Positions 1 to 12,813 of a stretch of 64,000 nt of DNA are shown here, in pieces (the stretch's first letter is position 1; each line of letters begins with the position of its first letter). The DNA is from Takakia lepidozioides. Lineage: Eukaryota > Plantae > Bryophyta. The notes beneath the pieces are model-generated. The model saw only the letters and a program-made list of their open reading frames with translations. It was not told the origin of the DNA and did no database searches. Where the stretch lies: positions 58,156,001-58,220,000 of the forward strand of contig CM060732.1 in assembly GCA_030704615.1 (NCBI GenBank), in the 5' to 3' direction. The translations under genes were made by a program, and so were the position numbers.

Positions 1-1172
1 ATGTCAATGGAAGTTAAGGGCACGTCCGCCAGTCGGATCTACGCTGGCTTTTTCTCTGGTTTCGAGTGTGGTGTTTGGAGAAGGGACAGACGCGTTTGAA
101 ATATTGAGAGAGGAATAGTTAACCACGGAGAACCATGGCCTCACACCTGCTCCAAAACATAATGGATTGTGCTTGCCAGCTTCTGAGTGGCTGTAGACCA
201 TAAATAGCCTAAAGAAAATGCTACCAGCCCATTATGCCATGGCACCACTGGAAGGAGAGGGAAGCAGGGCAAAAGTTTCTGTTTCTTAATGAGCAAGCAA
301 AATCCATTATGTGAGATATATGTTGCTTTTGACTTATTCCCATGGCTGCATGTGCGTGACCTGTGTAGGAGACAAGGCCTTAATTCAGCTTGTCGAAGAC
401 CTGGTGCAATTTCTTCTCTCAGATGTCCCTACTCCTGAGGAAACTGACCCAGACTGGCGCTGGTGAGGATTTTCTTTACATCTTGTGGAAAAGGGAGTCC
501 ATGTTTGCCTGTAATTACTGCCTAGTATTGTTGTTACTCCAGCTTGATTTGAAGACAATTTCTATTGGCAATCAATCAAAGTTCACTCACATTCCTGTAT
601 GCCCATGAATTGTGCGTTGTCAACTGTCTCGTGTGCCTGGCCCTAACACAAGTAGTATGTCATGTAGCTGTAGCATGTATAATCGGACCTGAATAATTAA
701 GCTCTCTCTTCAGGTCAGTGAGCATCATCCATTTTCTCAAATGTTGTGTCATCAACTTGATGTGTGTGACAGGTCATACAACAGTCCGTGGAAATGCCAA
801 CAAAATCTAGCTGGTGAACCACCAGTGCAATCCTTGTACCAAGTTGAGGTAAACCAGGCGATACTTGCTGTGTTTGAGCAGCTTTTGGTGGGGTTCTCCC
901 AATCCCATTTGTTTCACCTCATCTCCAAGTGGAAGGCAGCGCTGGTTGATACTTCTAAGGAAGTTCAAGTCAATAACAATGGAAGGAAGGTTCCAGGGGC
1001 CATGAATCACCTTCAATGGAAAGCTCATGATATGCTACAAAGATCCTCTGCTGGCGAAAATTTCCAAGCTTGATCAAGCACAAAAGTGCAACTGTTTTTC
1101 AAGAACCAATATGGCCCTCTGCCATTCTCTAGTGCAAGGAATTGAGATTTACCATATTCTCTAAAAGGTTCT

Positions 1173-1421
1173 GTTTCAGTATCCAGGTCCACCAATGTTT
1201 TCTTCATGTCTGTAATAAAGCAAATGAGAGTTTGGTGCACCACGTTCTATAGTGAAGAGGCTGTGATTGTAAAACATTGTCTGGATTATTCTTTAAAACG
1301 GTTTTTGTTTCAGTATCCATGTTCACCAATGTTTACTTCATGTCTGTAATAAAGCAAATGAGAGTTTGGCACACCACTTTTTATACTGAAAAAGCTGTGA
1401 TTATCAAACATTGTCTGGATT
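1173..1421. repeat. Two-copy ~115-bp direct duplication (period ~134 bp)
   Basis: GTTTCAGTATCCA...AAACATTGTCTGGATT occurs at 1173-1287 and 1307-1421 with scattered substitutions. Confidence 0.85.
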
Positions 1422-1601
1422 GTACATATAAATTGTCAGCTATACAATGCCCAAAGGTACATACCCAAGCCACATTTCATACCAAAGTCTGCAGCCTTTC
1501 TCAACTAACTTACCTCTCCCCTTGGGTCAAAAATTCCTACAGAGATCCAATGCATGACAGACATGGACACACTACCAACAGGTCAAAATTGATAAAGGAG
1601 A

Positions 1602-3971
1602 TCATTGGGTTGCCCACACCTCCTTAAGCAGCTGGTAGCGCCTGGCAACCCCGGACTCTTCCCTCTTCTTTTTCTTCCCATTAATGGGCAACTCACTGCT
1701 GTAATAGGGTTTACCCAGACTATATTGCAACAACCCAAGGGGATTTTGATGTTCCTCCAATTCGTCATCACTGGTGTACCCCTTCCGCAAAAGTGAGGAG
1801 GTACTCAAGCCTGAATGAGAAGCTCCAGGGGAATCCCCAATCCACAGCCTGACTAAATGTGAGGAAGGTGGGGTGTAGGTCACTGGAGGCACACGTGCTA
1901 TGACATGGTGTGTGTCTGCCTCACCTTGTTTTTTGGTTTCCATTGACAACTCAGTATCAATGGCGGCCAAAAGGGCAGGTGACACAGGATCTGGAGAGAA
2001 CTCATCAGGCACAAAATTACACAAAACTCGACGCATCAGGGGTAAGCTCAGGCCTGGACAAACCTCTTTCCTCATATCTTTGTCCAAAAGAATTTCCTTA
2101 GGCAGCATCAAAAGTTCACCTGTAGCTTTGAGCAGACTAAAACGAACTGGCTCTTCATCCACTGCATTCTCAGGCTGTGATGCATTGCCATCTCCAGTGA
2201 TGGATTCGGCAATGCTTGGGTCTTTGAAACTGACGAGGGCCGAGATCCATGTTGACCAATTCACTACCACATTCTTCAGTTGAGAGCCAGTGCCAAATGT
2301 AAGGCCCCCAATGGGAATAGGAAGGACCAAAATGTTTGTGATTGGATCTGCAAGGGGTTCTGTAGGAGAATCATCCTGTGGTTCGCGCACAATCCCATTA
2401 AACATAGCAACGTCCAGCCTCTCCACACACTCTTCAATTATCATTCTCTTTAGCACTGGGAGGCAGCCACATTCGTGACCCTCTCCTTGAAGAGGACAAA
2501 GTCGTTTCAAAGCATCTGTGAAAGCCCTCTTCCATATCTCCACAGAGATATTTCCCTGGCGGGTATCTCCTAGCTTGTGAAGGTTGGAATCCACTTTTTC
2601 CTTGGCGAGAAGTTCTTGTCCATCGGCAGGCCACTCATCCAACTCGTTCTTGACCTTGCTTGCAGACTTGTTCCACTGTTCCTTCGCATCTCCATGGAGA
2701 GGGTTGCCTACAGGCAGGATTCCTCCAATCTGCATTGGGGGGGTCATTGCCTGCCACCAGACAGACTCCAAGACCCTTGCGTGAATCCATGCTTCAATGC
2801 TCAAAAGTGCACTGACAAAGGTGCTGCATTCTCGCCAATCCTTCTTCAATCCCTTTGGACTCAACACATGGCTGCTGTCATTCGAGGACAGACTTTTTCT
2901 TAGCTGTTGGGATCGTAATGCTCGAGCAGCAAAGCCATTGCTATTTGGACTGTTACTGGAAGTACCGCCCTCTGCCTCCGCATTGGCAGCTGCGAGTTCA
3001 ACATCACACACCTGACCGATGGTTTCTCTAAGAACAACCACATTGGACCACCAGTACATCAACCTTGGAATATCATTTCCACATGCTCGTATAACCAAAA
3101 TCAATCCGGATACGGAGTTCCAGGCCGAGCTTGCTCGTCTCTCTGGGCTCCAGTTCTTGAATGCATGTAAGTAAAGCCTTGCCAGGCGGCGGGCAGGCGT
3201 GTGAACCTTATGGGAAGAGCTCCCATGCTCGGCCACTACAGAATACAAAGCCACCTCGATGGCTGCTGAGTCCCTGAGTTCATCTTCCAGCTTTAGTACC
3301 TTCTCCTCTAGATGCCGAGCTCTTTCCTCTAACTTCTTTTCAGCAGAAGCAGCTTTAGCCTGTGCAGCTGCAGCTTTCCAGTGGTCAATTGTTCTTTTCT
3401 CGACCATAGCAAACTTTGCCCTAGCTTCACCTAGCACACTCTTAATACCCACCTCATCCTCGTCATCGTTTTCAACAAACCTCTTCTCTTCTTGCGCCTC
3501 CGGATCTTTCCTGGGATCTGCCTCCTTCTTTTCGACTATCTCTCTGCGCCCATCCCTCAAGCCGACCGGCTCCCCTTCTGAAATTCCCGCCCGAAGGCCG
3601 GTGCTCTTTATTGTGAGAGAAGGTTTCCGAGATGTAGACGACGATGATGAAGATGGCTTTCGGGCTCCAGTGGCAGGAGATTGAGCCCCTCTCGGATTTG
3701 TTGGGGTCCTCGAGCCATTGGAGGAGGGGAAGGCATCTGCATCCCTGCTCTTCTCCACTGATTCCTTGCGCCCATCCTTGAACCCCGTGGGCTCCTTCTC
3801 TAAGCTTGCTGCACGATACACTGAGCTCTTCATAATGTGCAAAGATGGCTTCGGAAATGTAGAAGACTCGGCAGGTGAAGAGGCCTTTCCTGATCCGACA
3901 ACAGGCGATTGAGCTCCTTCGGGCCTTGCTGGGCTTCTAAGACCATTCGAGCCCGGGGACAATGCAGGCAT
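1602..3971 (-). CDS. Intronless 789-aa plant protein of the At2g42320/At3g01810-like ('gar2-related', dilute-like C-terminal domain) family
   Basis: Long open ORF with the family motifs ELRDSAAIEVALYSVVAEHGSSSHKVHTPARRLARLY, CGNDIPRL..WWSN, ESVWWQAMTP.MQ, LCP....HECGCLP, RLDVAMFN, QLKN...NWS, RKEVCP, FVPDEFSPDPV, RKGYTSDDEL and terminal RYQLLKEVW. Confidence 0.85.
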   Translation of the reverse strand: MPALSPGSNGLRSPARPEGAQSPVVGSGKASSPAESSTFPKPSLHIMKSSVYRAASLEKEPTGFKDGRKESVEKSRDADAFPSSNGSRTPTNPRGAQSPATGARKPSSSSSSTSRKPSLTIKSTGLRAGISEGEPVGLRDGRREIVEKKEADPRKDPEAQEEKRFVENDDEDEVGIKSVLGEARAKFAMVEKRTIDHWKAAAAQAKAASAEKKLEERARHLEEKVLKLEDELRDSAAIEVALYSVVAEHGSSSHKVHTPARRLARLYLHAFKNWSPERRASSAWNSVSGLILVIRACGNDIPRLMYWWSNVVVLRETIGQVCDVELAAANAEAEGGTSSNSPNSNGFAARALRSQQLRKSLSSNDSSHVLSPKGLKKDWRECSTFVSALLSIEAWIHARVLESVWWQAMTPPMQIGGILPVGNPLHGDAKEQWNKSASKVKNELDEWPADGQELLAKEKVDSNLHKLGDTRQGNISVEIWKRAFTDALKRLCPLQGEGHECGCLPVLKRMIIEECVERLDVAMFNGIVREPQDDSPTEPLADPITNILVLPIPIGGLTFGTGSQLKNVVVNWSTWISALVSFKDPSIAESITGDGNASQPENAVDEEPVRFSLLKATGELLMLPKEILLDKDMRKEVCPGLSLPLMRRVLCNFVPDEFSPDPVSPALLAAIDTELSMETKKQGEADTHHVIARVPPVTYTPPSSHLVRLWIGDSPGASHSGLSTSSLLRKGYTSDDELEEHQNPLGLLQYSLGKPYYSSELPINGKKKKREESGVARRYQLLKEVWATQ

Positions 3972-5479
3972 TCAAACTCTTCTGTGCCTGTGTCTGCATT
4001 CTCTGAGCTTTCGGTGCTCCTCCCGAGACTGGTAGAGTAACAACAGATGCAAAGGAGCTGATATGAACGTAACCCAGCTTTAAAGGACTAGCGCATTGAT
4101 CCACCGTCCCACCCACGATCCCCGGCCCCTTGCTCTGCGTGTGAAGGCCATCGTCTCTTTATGAGCTTTCTCCTATGCGTGATTAGCGCCCTTCTCTTTT
4201 TGGAAAGACTCTCTTAGAAATAGCTGCTGCATGTGGATCTTATACCACCGTTAAGCGCTTCGGTACGTCTGTTGTGTTCCTTGCACTCTGACAGCCTGAC
4301 TGTGTGAGCCATAGTTGTGAACAACAAGAACATCTTACATTCTCCTTCGAAGAGAGGGGGAGCATATGGAGGGGCATAGTTGCCTAATGGACGGTGCATC
4401 GTAAGGCTCCCGGTCTGGAGCTTCTTCAAGGGCTCCCATAGATTTGTTTTAAACAAACTCCCATGAGTCTCAGGTCTTTATGTTGAATTCAGACAGGGAG
4501 GTTGAAGTGGAGACTTGCATGCGTAGAACACAAGTGCCATCCAAGTTCGGATCATCCCTAATTCAAAGTGCTCAACAGAGCATGTGGGCTGCCAGATTGC
4601 ATTGACCATTCTAGGTTCATTTGGTCCCGATGAATGCCTCCCCTTGGTATGGCGCGATTCTGTCGTCCATGAAATGCACAACTAGCACAAGAACACGAAT
4701 CAATGTTGGCCCAACACCCTGGAGCTTTTAGTTTACAACAATGTGCCTCCATAGGTAGACAGAGGTTCTCTTTGCTTTGATTCTTTGTCCACGAGGTAGG
4801 CCTTCAGAAGAATGTACTTTCGATACACCCACCACACCTCATTCATGACTTGATTCTTAGAAGATGTTCACCATTAGTGCCCCAACACAGGCAACAGCGA
4901 TGGAACCTAATCAACAAGCTCCCTCCCTCTGAGAGCTGCACTTGGCAGCATGGCTACTGTGCACCTTGCTCACTCAATAAGGCCTCCTAAGATTGTCTAT
5001 AGAGCTGAACCAATAATGTGCAACATGCAACACATTCTAAATTTGGAGCAAGCCCATCGACAATGTAGCAATCCAATTGAGTGGTAAATGCATGAAAGTT
5101 GTAGATCCCTTGATAGCCCAGGATAGATCTTCAGGCACCTTCAACCTGAAAAGAGCACCCAACGTTATTGGTCCCTCACTGTGGACGGCACCTTGTGCCT
5201 TTGTCAGGCAGTTAGGCATCCTTACAGCCTATCTAGAATCTGGCCACCAGGGCAAACCTTTGTGCACTGCTGGGCTGTAGGACAGTCACTGCACAGGGTT
5301 CCACCATGCGCAGCTTTCCTTGCATTGTCCCATTCCTCACAAGTGGGATGGGAGGACCTGTGGTACCAAGACAATCCTGAACTGACATGTAGAAATACGC
5401 ACCAGGGTCAGAGATTTTTGGGAGCACCAGCATTTAGGGGTGTTATAGGCAGCACCAAATCGCTCCTCATTCATGTGAT

Positions 5480-5805
5480 GGCATAGGACTCACCATGGGG
5501 CGGAGACCTTGTGGTGGGAGCCGTGGGGAGTCTTGGGACTCATCACGGTCCAATGGTCCGTGGTGGGTGGGCCAAGACTCACCACGACTCATCACCGGAA
5601 TCGAGGGTCTTCGTGGTGGTTCGCCATAAAATGGCATGGTTGTTTGTGAAACCCCCGCGGACAGTCACAGAAGTATATATAGGGAGTGATAACCCCGAGA
5701 ACGGTGCAAGCCCGTTGGTGACCAAAAACTAGTGAGTAAGCGAGCGAGCCGGAAAGCGACCAAGGAGTGGGGAGCTATTCCGGACTGCCATCTACCAAAG
5801 GGAAT
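5480..5805 (+). mobile_element. Internal fragment of the chromovirus family LTR
   Basis: GGCATAGGACTCACCATGGGG...GGTGACCAAAAACTAGTGAGTAAGCGAGCGAGCCGG...TCTACCAAAGGGAAT matches the middle of the LTRs at 32617-33341 and elsewhere. Confidence 0.9.
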
Positions 5806-6229
5806 AACTTCCTGTGTGATAGTATGCGAATTCCCCGGACCGAGATCACAAACTCACTGATATCAACCACCCATTGAAGAGTAGAATCACTTCTTATATC
5901 CTGCTAGTACCTATGTGTTGTATTATATTTCATATTGTGCTTACGCATTATTCTCATTGGAAGAATCTTGCAGGGAGTTCCACAGACTCACAATTTAGAC
6001 CAGTGTGAAGCAATATTGGCTTTCTGCTACAACTGCAATTCTCAGGGGAGAGACGCCAGACATGCAGTACGAAGACCATAACCCAAAGTTAAACCAAACA
6101 CTGCTGTGGGCCAGGAAATACATTAACATCCACTCCCACAATATCATGGCGGTGTTGGTGGCTCCTGAAAATTTGCAAGCTTCTTGAATTTCCATACAAA
6201 TGTCAGAACCTTAGTTAGACAAAATCCGG

Positions 6230-9200
6230 TGTCCAGAGTAACTTCACTTGGAATGAATGTGGACATGTCCAGCACAGCTTGTGCTCCTGACAAGGATCTG
6301 TGAATCAACCTATAGCCACACCCTGACTTGAAACTTTAGGTAGAAAGGACCATTCATAGCAAGCTGTGCTCGCCACTACAGCAATATTGCTGCAGGGACC
6401 CTACAAGTATTTCTTAGGGATCCGCAGTAATACAACTGCTGGCGGCCATCCTTTGAGGACTCACACAATCCACAGAATCAGGTTTCTTTTCTTTTTCTCA
6501 TGTAAGGAAAGGTGCGGAGTGATGGAAAGAAACGTACTCCCAAGGATCATCCCCCACAAGGAGGAGATCATTCTCATTGTCCAAGAACACTAGTTGCCAC
6601 CCCAGCTTCTGGTCCAGTTGGCCCTCCAGCCCAAACATGCGTGCAAGCTCACACCGGAGATCTGTATGGTTAGTAAACCGCATCACATCCAGGGCCCATG
6701 TTATCGACCCCAGCTTGTACACCTAGCAGCTCCCCACCCAACACAGCCATAATAAATCAAGACCCAGCAGCCCTATGCCTATCTGGAAGTCGGTGCTGTA
6801 CCGCTCCAGTTTTTATTTTCTTCCGTGAGTTCAAGCTGGGAGATATAAAATGTTGGCATGACCAGCCTAGCTGAGAACAAAAATGCATACCTTGGTGTAG
6901 CTTCTGACAGGCTTTGGCAGAGAGGCCATGCCTTGCTGCAGGAACACACCAGGATACCATTGACCAATATAGGCGGGTTCAACAAAAGCTCTGCCCAGGC
7001 ACTTGATGAAGCCAAGGCCCAGCAAGCAGCTGCCGTCCACGATTTAATTTGGTCTGAGGATGGCAGTTCCAAGCCCGGACGATGAAGGCACACACCCCTT
7101 TGAGATCCTCAATTCGCCCACTCTAGAACCACCCGATGCCAGGGGACCCTAGCAATTGAAATGATATTCCAAAACTTGCTCATGAGGCCTATCCCTGTAA
7201 ACCTCTGGGACCTGGTCGGGTTGTGTGGGCAGAGCAATGAGCCCCTGCTGAGTGCCGAAGTCACTGGGACAGGAAGACAAACCGGAGTTGCCCAGCTGAG
7301 ACTCTGGCATGGAAGGCACGTCCATTCTTTTCAAAATAGTAGTGCTGGCAACTGGCTGAATCTCTGTGTATATGGCAGGATCCTGCAGGGGGGAGTACCA
7401 AGGCGAAGACACCTGCAGCAGTGTCTCCATTCTTCCCTAAGACCTTTTATTAAGGACTCAATACTACATAATGTCATCAGTGGAGATGCAATCAACCTAT
7501 GTCAGACAATTGGCTTGAACCATAGTTGCATCTTCACACAGAGTGATGCTAATAGGAGATATGTATGCAAAACTTTCAAATTAGAAGCGTCTATAGTTTG
7601 TTGAATATTAACTCCTCAGTTACAAAGTGAGCAGACAAATTGGCCCTTCTTGTCTTGGCCAGCTGAATTGATCCGTAAGTAATTTTCCTCATTCTGAAGG
7701 TTTTGTTTGAGCCTGCCTACTTAATTCTAGGAGAAACTGCCTCTTATGTCTCCTTAGAACCAGCCTCTTCCAGTATTACTATAGCAAGACGAACTGACCT
7801 GATTGTCCTTCAGCATGAGGCAGTTCCCCGCTTGAAGCTGTGCTTGGTGTTGAGACAGCCCAGGTTGGGTTGTGCACAGCAATCTTGAATATGATTGGTC
7901 ATTGACGTCCATGTCCAGCAGCTGCAGTGGGTGGTGCATGGCTGGACATCCAATTTTGTAAGGATGGGAAAGGACTAGAAGAAGAAGATGTTGGGGAGCC
8001 ATCGTGCGCATCAGTTTCTGTGTACAATGGTGGGGTGCGTATCAAAGGAGGTGGTAGATGGAGTGGAGATGGATGGTGATGACTGGGTAAAAGGACCCAG
8101 CAGATGTCTCAACTAGAGGAATCTGCTGCATTGTATCGAAGGAAGTTGGCTCCTGCTGTGTGTATTTCATTTGCTGATGGAGTTGTGGTTGGTAGAAAAG
8201 CTTGGATGATTCGATACCCCGATGATCCTGCAAAGTTGATATCATGGAAGTCTGATATGGATCTCATATATGCAGACACAGGATACTAGACAGCGGGAAG
8301 AAACAGAGGGCCATAATTACTACCTCAGTCACTGCTTCCTTCATCAATACATATGCAAAGGTAAGTATGATAGTCAACAACTGAAGGCTAAATTGCTGGA
8401 GCACACAGAACAGACTGTCTCAAATACCTTTCAAACTCCTGCAGATGTAATAGACTTTGTTGTTACTCTCTATCTTCATCTTTCTCTATCTCTCTCTGTT
8501 TCCTTGAGTACATTCTCTCTGTTTCCTTGTTTGTGGCGCATTTAGAATCATCTCATCAGCTATTTGGGTTTCCTATGATAATTAATATGTTCTTTTCATC
8601 TTTTCTAAGATATATACCTGTAGAGCAACAGCAGCGAATTGTTGCTGCTGCAAGTTCAGGGCAGTAGGGACCAAGATAGGTATTTCAAACTTCTGTTGTT
8701 GCATGTGGATCCAGCTGTCTGTTGAGTGGCCTTGGAAGTTCACTTGGCTCTGAAAGCACATTGTCCTTCAGGTCTTCATCCCCAGAGAACTCATCCCTCT
8801 CCCTCTTGCCCTGCCATGGATTAAAAAGAGTACATGTAAGAGCCTTAAATTCGGGTTTGCATAATCATCTAGTGCAATTGGGCATGCAGTGGACTAAAGC
8901 ACAGCTCTTAAACTATTCTAGAGGGTGCTGCTTCAAGTGTGCAGATCTATGATAGCATCAAGAGAATGCTCAAAAGCCAACAAGCCTGAAATTTGCAGCA
9001 GAAATCAATGCCCCTCCCCTCTTTGGAGAGGTTGTGGCGGCCAAGGACCCAAGGAAATGCTACTTATGACCCGGCTCATCAGAAGGGCCTACATTCCTTC
9101 CAGGCCTCCACAAAGAAAATCCATTAATCAATAGTGCAATTACCGCTGCCGATGAAGAAGAGTTTTGAAGACGGAGCCTTTCATAATTCAGTCTCAAGAA

Positions 9201-9963
9201 GACAACGACATTTTCTACATTTAGACCATTTTGCAAACTACTGCACTGAAATTTGAGGAGGGATCAACTAAATGGTGTGAGGTATTAGGGTTTGATGCAT
9301 GCAGACAGCACCAGGTACACAGCATTCACCCGTCTTCACATCCGACGGGTGAATGCTGTGTACCTTTTAACTTCACTTGGTGGTTCTCCTATAGCAGCAC
9401 TTGGGCACACCCAACAGCACTACAAAAAGCTTATCTTCTGCCATTGTCTGTCTACGAATGGCTAGCAGGTGCAGCTCCCGCATTGTGATGATCCATCATT
9501 TAGAGTATTGTCAGTGAATTAGCTTCAGGTGTCCCTGTTTGAGACAGTCACTTGAAACCCATGCATGCACAGCCCGGAATAGCTGGGCTATTGTTGCTGA
9601 CACAAAATGAGATCTCCAAAAGCTGAAGGTACTGCACTATATATGCCAGGTGCCTTACCAGCCCTCTCTCTCTCCCTCTCTCTCTCTGTAATTTCTAACT
9701 GCTCACCTGCACTGAATATACAAACACAAACCGATGACAGTTGTGAGTGCCAATCCACGTAGTGGCCTCTTCCTCTTTCAAAGGGAACGGAAAATAGATA
9801 AGTTTACCCCACAGGATTTTGCATACCATCCTCCATGGCGAGGCAGATGGTTCTTCAAGATTCGTCACCGTTGGACGTGTGGCTCTGGGCTTGAACATGT
9901 CGAATTGCCCACAAGATACTTTGTGTAGACTCTTTCCATGCTTGCTGCTGCTTCTAGATCCAT
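6230..9963 (-). pseudogene. Degenerate auxin response factor-like gene: class-A-type Q-rich middle region plus PB1 domain, no B3 domain visible (ncARF/class D-like, or truncated ARF)
   Basis: PB1 exon ~6535-6722 reads [60 protein letters not shown]|gt. Exon ~8618-8750 reads VNFQGHSTDSWIHMQQQ...QQQQFAAVALQ|gt. Q/P/S-rich middle-region fragments at 6780-8270 are broken by stops and frameshifts. A possible ancillary-domain remnant (VYTKYLVG...SPWRM) lies at 9830-9963. The outer boundaries are approximate. Confidence 0.65.
9313..9365. repeat. Perfect 22-bp inverted repeat (hairpin, 9-nt loop)
   Basis: AGGTACACAGCATTCACCCGTC-ttcacatcc-GACGGGTGAATGCTGTGTACCT. Confidence 0.9.
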
Positions 9964-11267
9964 CTCAATCAATGAACGAAAAAGGGAAAGGTGATCATAG
10001 AGCTGCAAAACACACACATAGACACGCGCAGAGAAGACACTAGGAGAAATGAAATGGTGCTTTAAAACGTCCGCGGAAAGCTCATAGAGAGAGACACACA
10101 CAGAGAAAGAACAGGAAGAGAAAAAATTGTGTTTTTCCGGGTAGACCCAAGGTCTCTAGGGAACGTGAGCTCTGATAGAGCTCGGCTATACATATAGGTG
10201 TTGAAAAAGAGAGCTGAGTTGAGTTCTCAAACAAGGCAAAACTATAAAGAGGCGTGCGGATCTCTATAACATCCGATTGCAAAAGATTACGATCAGAGGG
10301 TGCGTGCCTTCTTGTCAGGAAGAAAGAGTAACGAGAACAGGAGGATTCTGAATGTCAAGGGACGCACTGTGAGAGCACACGAATCGGACACGAAGAGAGT
10401 GCACCAGCCGAAGCATCCATGGCCGAAACATATGCGGTAATTCAGTATCGTCTCTTCCAGGAAAAGGCAGGTATACGGCTACCGAAGTCATCATTCAAAT
10501 GCGCATGCGTCATACATTGCGAAAAAAGAGAGAGATCACGAGCATGCGGATCATACCTGTAGACACACATGACAGCTCCTCACGACCTATTGCAATTGCA
10601 ATTCTATACTGCTGGAGCCAGCTCGCGTGCCGCTTCTTGGGAATTTCAAGCAATGGAGGAAGTCTAAAAGAAACGAAAGCAACAGCAAAGCCATCATCCC
10701 ATGAGCACAGCCACACAACAGCCACACGACATGTCTCTCATCACTGATCACTCTCACCCTCTCCCTGTCCCTGAAAGCGAAAGCTTCGCATCTTCATGCG
10801 TTCGGGCGTGGCGACAGCTGCCGACAGCCTCCACCCGCGTGCTAACACTCTGCCTTCTATACCTCTCAACATTGATGGAGAGATAGCGTGGCAGCAGCGG
10901 TACTGCAGAGAAGAAAGAGAGAGAGTGTTTGCAGTGCAGACAGCCGCCGCCGCAGAGCCTCGTGTTTGCCGGTTGCCCACCACCTTTCCTGTCACACTCG
11001 ACTCAACGCTAAGCCGCATCATCAATATTAATCCCCATTTATGTAGATCAGCATCATCCCCACCACAAGAATTAGCTGCTAATCGCTGATCAGAACTGTG
11101 ATTAGCAAAAAGGTAGAGTAAAAAACGCTTCTCATTTAACAATAATGAATTCCCCTGTGGTAGAGGGGTCGCTGAGGGTGAGAGGGCCCTTACCCGGACC
11201 CGCCAATCCAAGTAAGTCTAGTTGCTGGGTGCCCGCTGGTCTGCTGGGCCCACAATATGCACATAAG

Positions 11268-12628
11268 TGTCGCGCACCTCACTTCGGTAAGCTCTCATTC
11301 AAGTCATAGTTACTCACTTTGATGCGCGCGCCTGACTCCCAACCTGGCCGCCGGGCCAATTTGGAGCTTCGGCTGCTCACCGGGACATAACGGTCCCCCT
11401 TCGCTCTCCCACTAAACCCTCCACCTCTTTGGGCCTAGTGGAATTCCCTTTGGTAGATGGCAGTCCGGAACAGCTCCCCACTCTTTTGTCGCTTTCCGGC
11501 TCGCTCGCTTACTCACTAGTTTTTGGTCACCAACGGGCTTGCACCGTTCTCGGGGTCACTACTCCCCTTATATATACTTATGTAGCTGTCCGCGGGGGTT
11601 TCACAACCAGCCATGCCATTTTATGGCGAACCACCACGAAAACCCTCGATTCCCGGTGATGAGTCGCGGTGAGTCTTGGCCCACTCACCACGGCCCCTAT
11701 GGACCGTGATGAGTCCCAAGACTCCCCACGACTCCCACCACGAGGTCTCCGCCCCCATGGTGAGTCCTATGCCACCCCCACTAAGTCCCGCTAAGCTACC
11801 ACACCCCTTGTGGAGCCACCCCACCGCAACCCGGTGTGCGGGGCTCCACCTAGTGAGCGCCTCCGCCTCCTTGAGTGCCTTGGGCACTCAAGGGTGCTTC
11901 AGCCCCCCCATACCTATCGCTGCCGCTGCCCCACCACAGGGGCAACCCCTCATGTGTCCCGACCCCCTGCCCTCAAGGCAAAGGGCCGCGACACACACCC
12001 CTACCAACAGGGAGTCGATGTCCTCATCGACTTGTCCATTTTGTAGAAACGAACATCCAAGTTGTGGCGTCCCACATCAAGGAGTTTGTTTCCGCACCAT
12101 GGCGTCCCATGGCAAAGAACCAAACCCCACACTTGACTCTACTCTCCACTAGCTAGTTCGGCCGACTTCCTCCAAGTCCCGGCCAAGGGTGGAGCCTCTC
12201 CAGCTCCTCCCAGTGCACTCTTCTTGGCCTATTTCAAGGCCAAGGAACGATCTTCCCCGAGGATCGAATCGCCTTACTGCAACAACATTGCTTGCGATCG
12301 CTCATGATGCCGTTTTTGGCATCACCTTGAGCAAGGGTTCACCTGGAACCCTCTTTGACTAGGAAGATAACCTTGAACTAACCGTGCGCCCCAATCACTA
12401 CAATTGGGTCCGCCTCGGAATGCTGGCCTGAGGTACGGGAACACGCCGAAGCCGCACTACGACTTCGTCCCGAGGCTACACGATTATAGTACGTGAACGG
12501 AAGCACGTAGCTTCCGCGTTAGCCCACACTACAAGGCAACCCCCTCGGTAGCGAAGTTATAGTATGCGCACGCGCCAGGTGCGAGCTAGCACGTGAACTC
12601 CCAAAGAAGGCGCAAGTTTCCTTGTCCC
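11268..12628 (-). mobile_element. Chromovirus 3' LTR (11268-11993) plus 3' UTR, minus orientation, truncated
   Basis: Starts TGTCGCGCACCTCAC (reverse complement of the LTR end) and the LTR ends ...GGCCGCGACA. It is the reverse complement of ~31985-33341. Confidence 0.9.
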
Positions 12629-12813
12629 GGGATCGGAACCGCCTGCCAAGGCGCCCTACCGGTTGAACCACAGAGAGTTGGTCGAGCTGAAAACTCAGCT
12701 CAAGGATCTAATGTCAAAGGGGTACATCCGGCCGAGTAAGTCACCCTACGGAGCCCCGGTGCTATTTGCAGACAAGAAGGATGGGACGCTGCGGATGTGT
12801 GTCGATTACAGGG
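12627..12813 (+). pseudogene. Short chromovirus RT N-terminal piece ([13 protein letters not shown]...[14 protein letters not shown]), continued at 29150
   Basis: Near-identical to 41080-41265. The reading frame resumes [19 protein letters not shown] after the DNA transposon. Confidence 0.9.

Noticed and set aside
4478-5470. Short ORFs between the two host genes (also at 741-1243)
   Set aside because: No recognisable motifs; possibly old TE debris, but I cannot support a call
11676-12156. Recurrent 150-160-aa ORFs antisense to the LTR (also at 21524-22149, 32454-32940, 45293-45774)
   Set aside because: They come from a GC-rich repeated LTR, frames switch between copies, and there are no protein motifs
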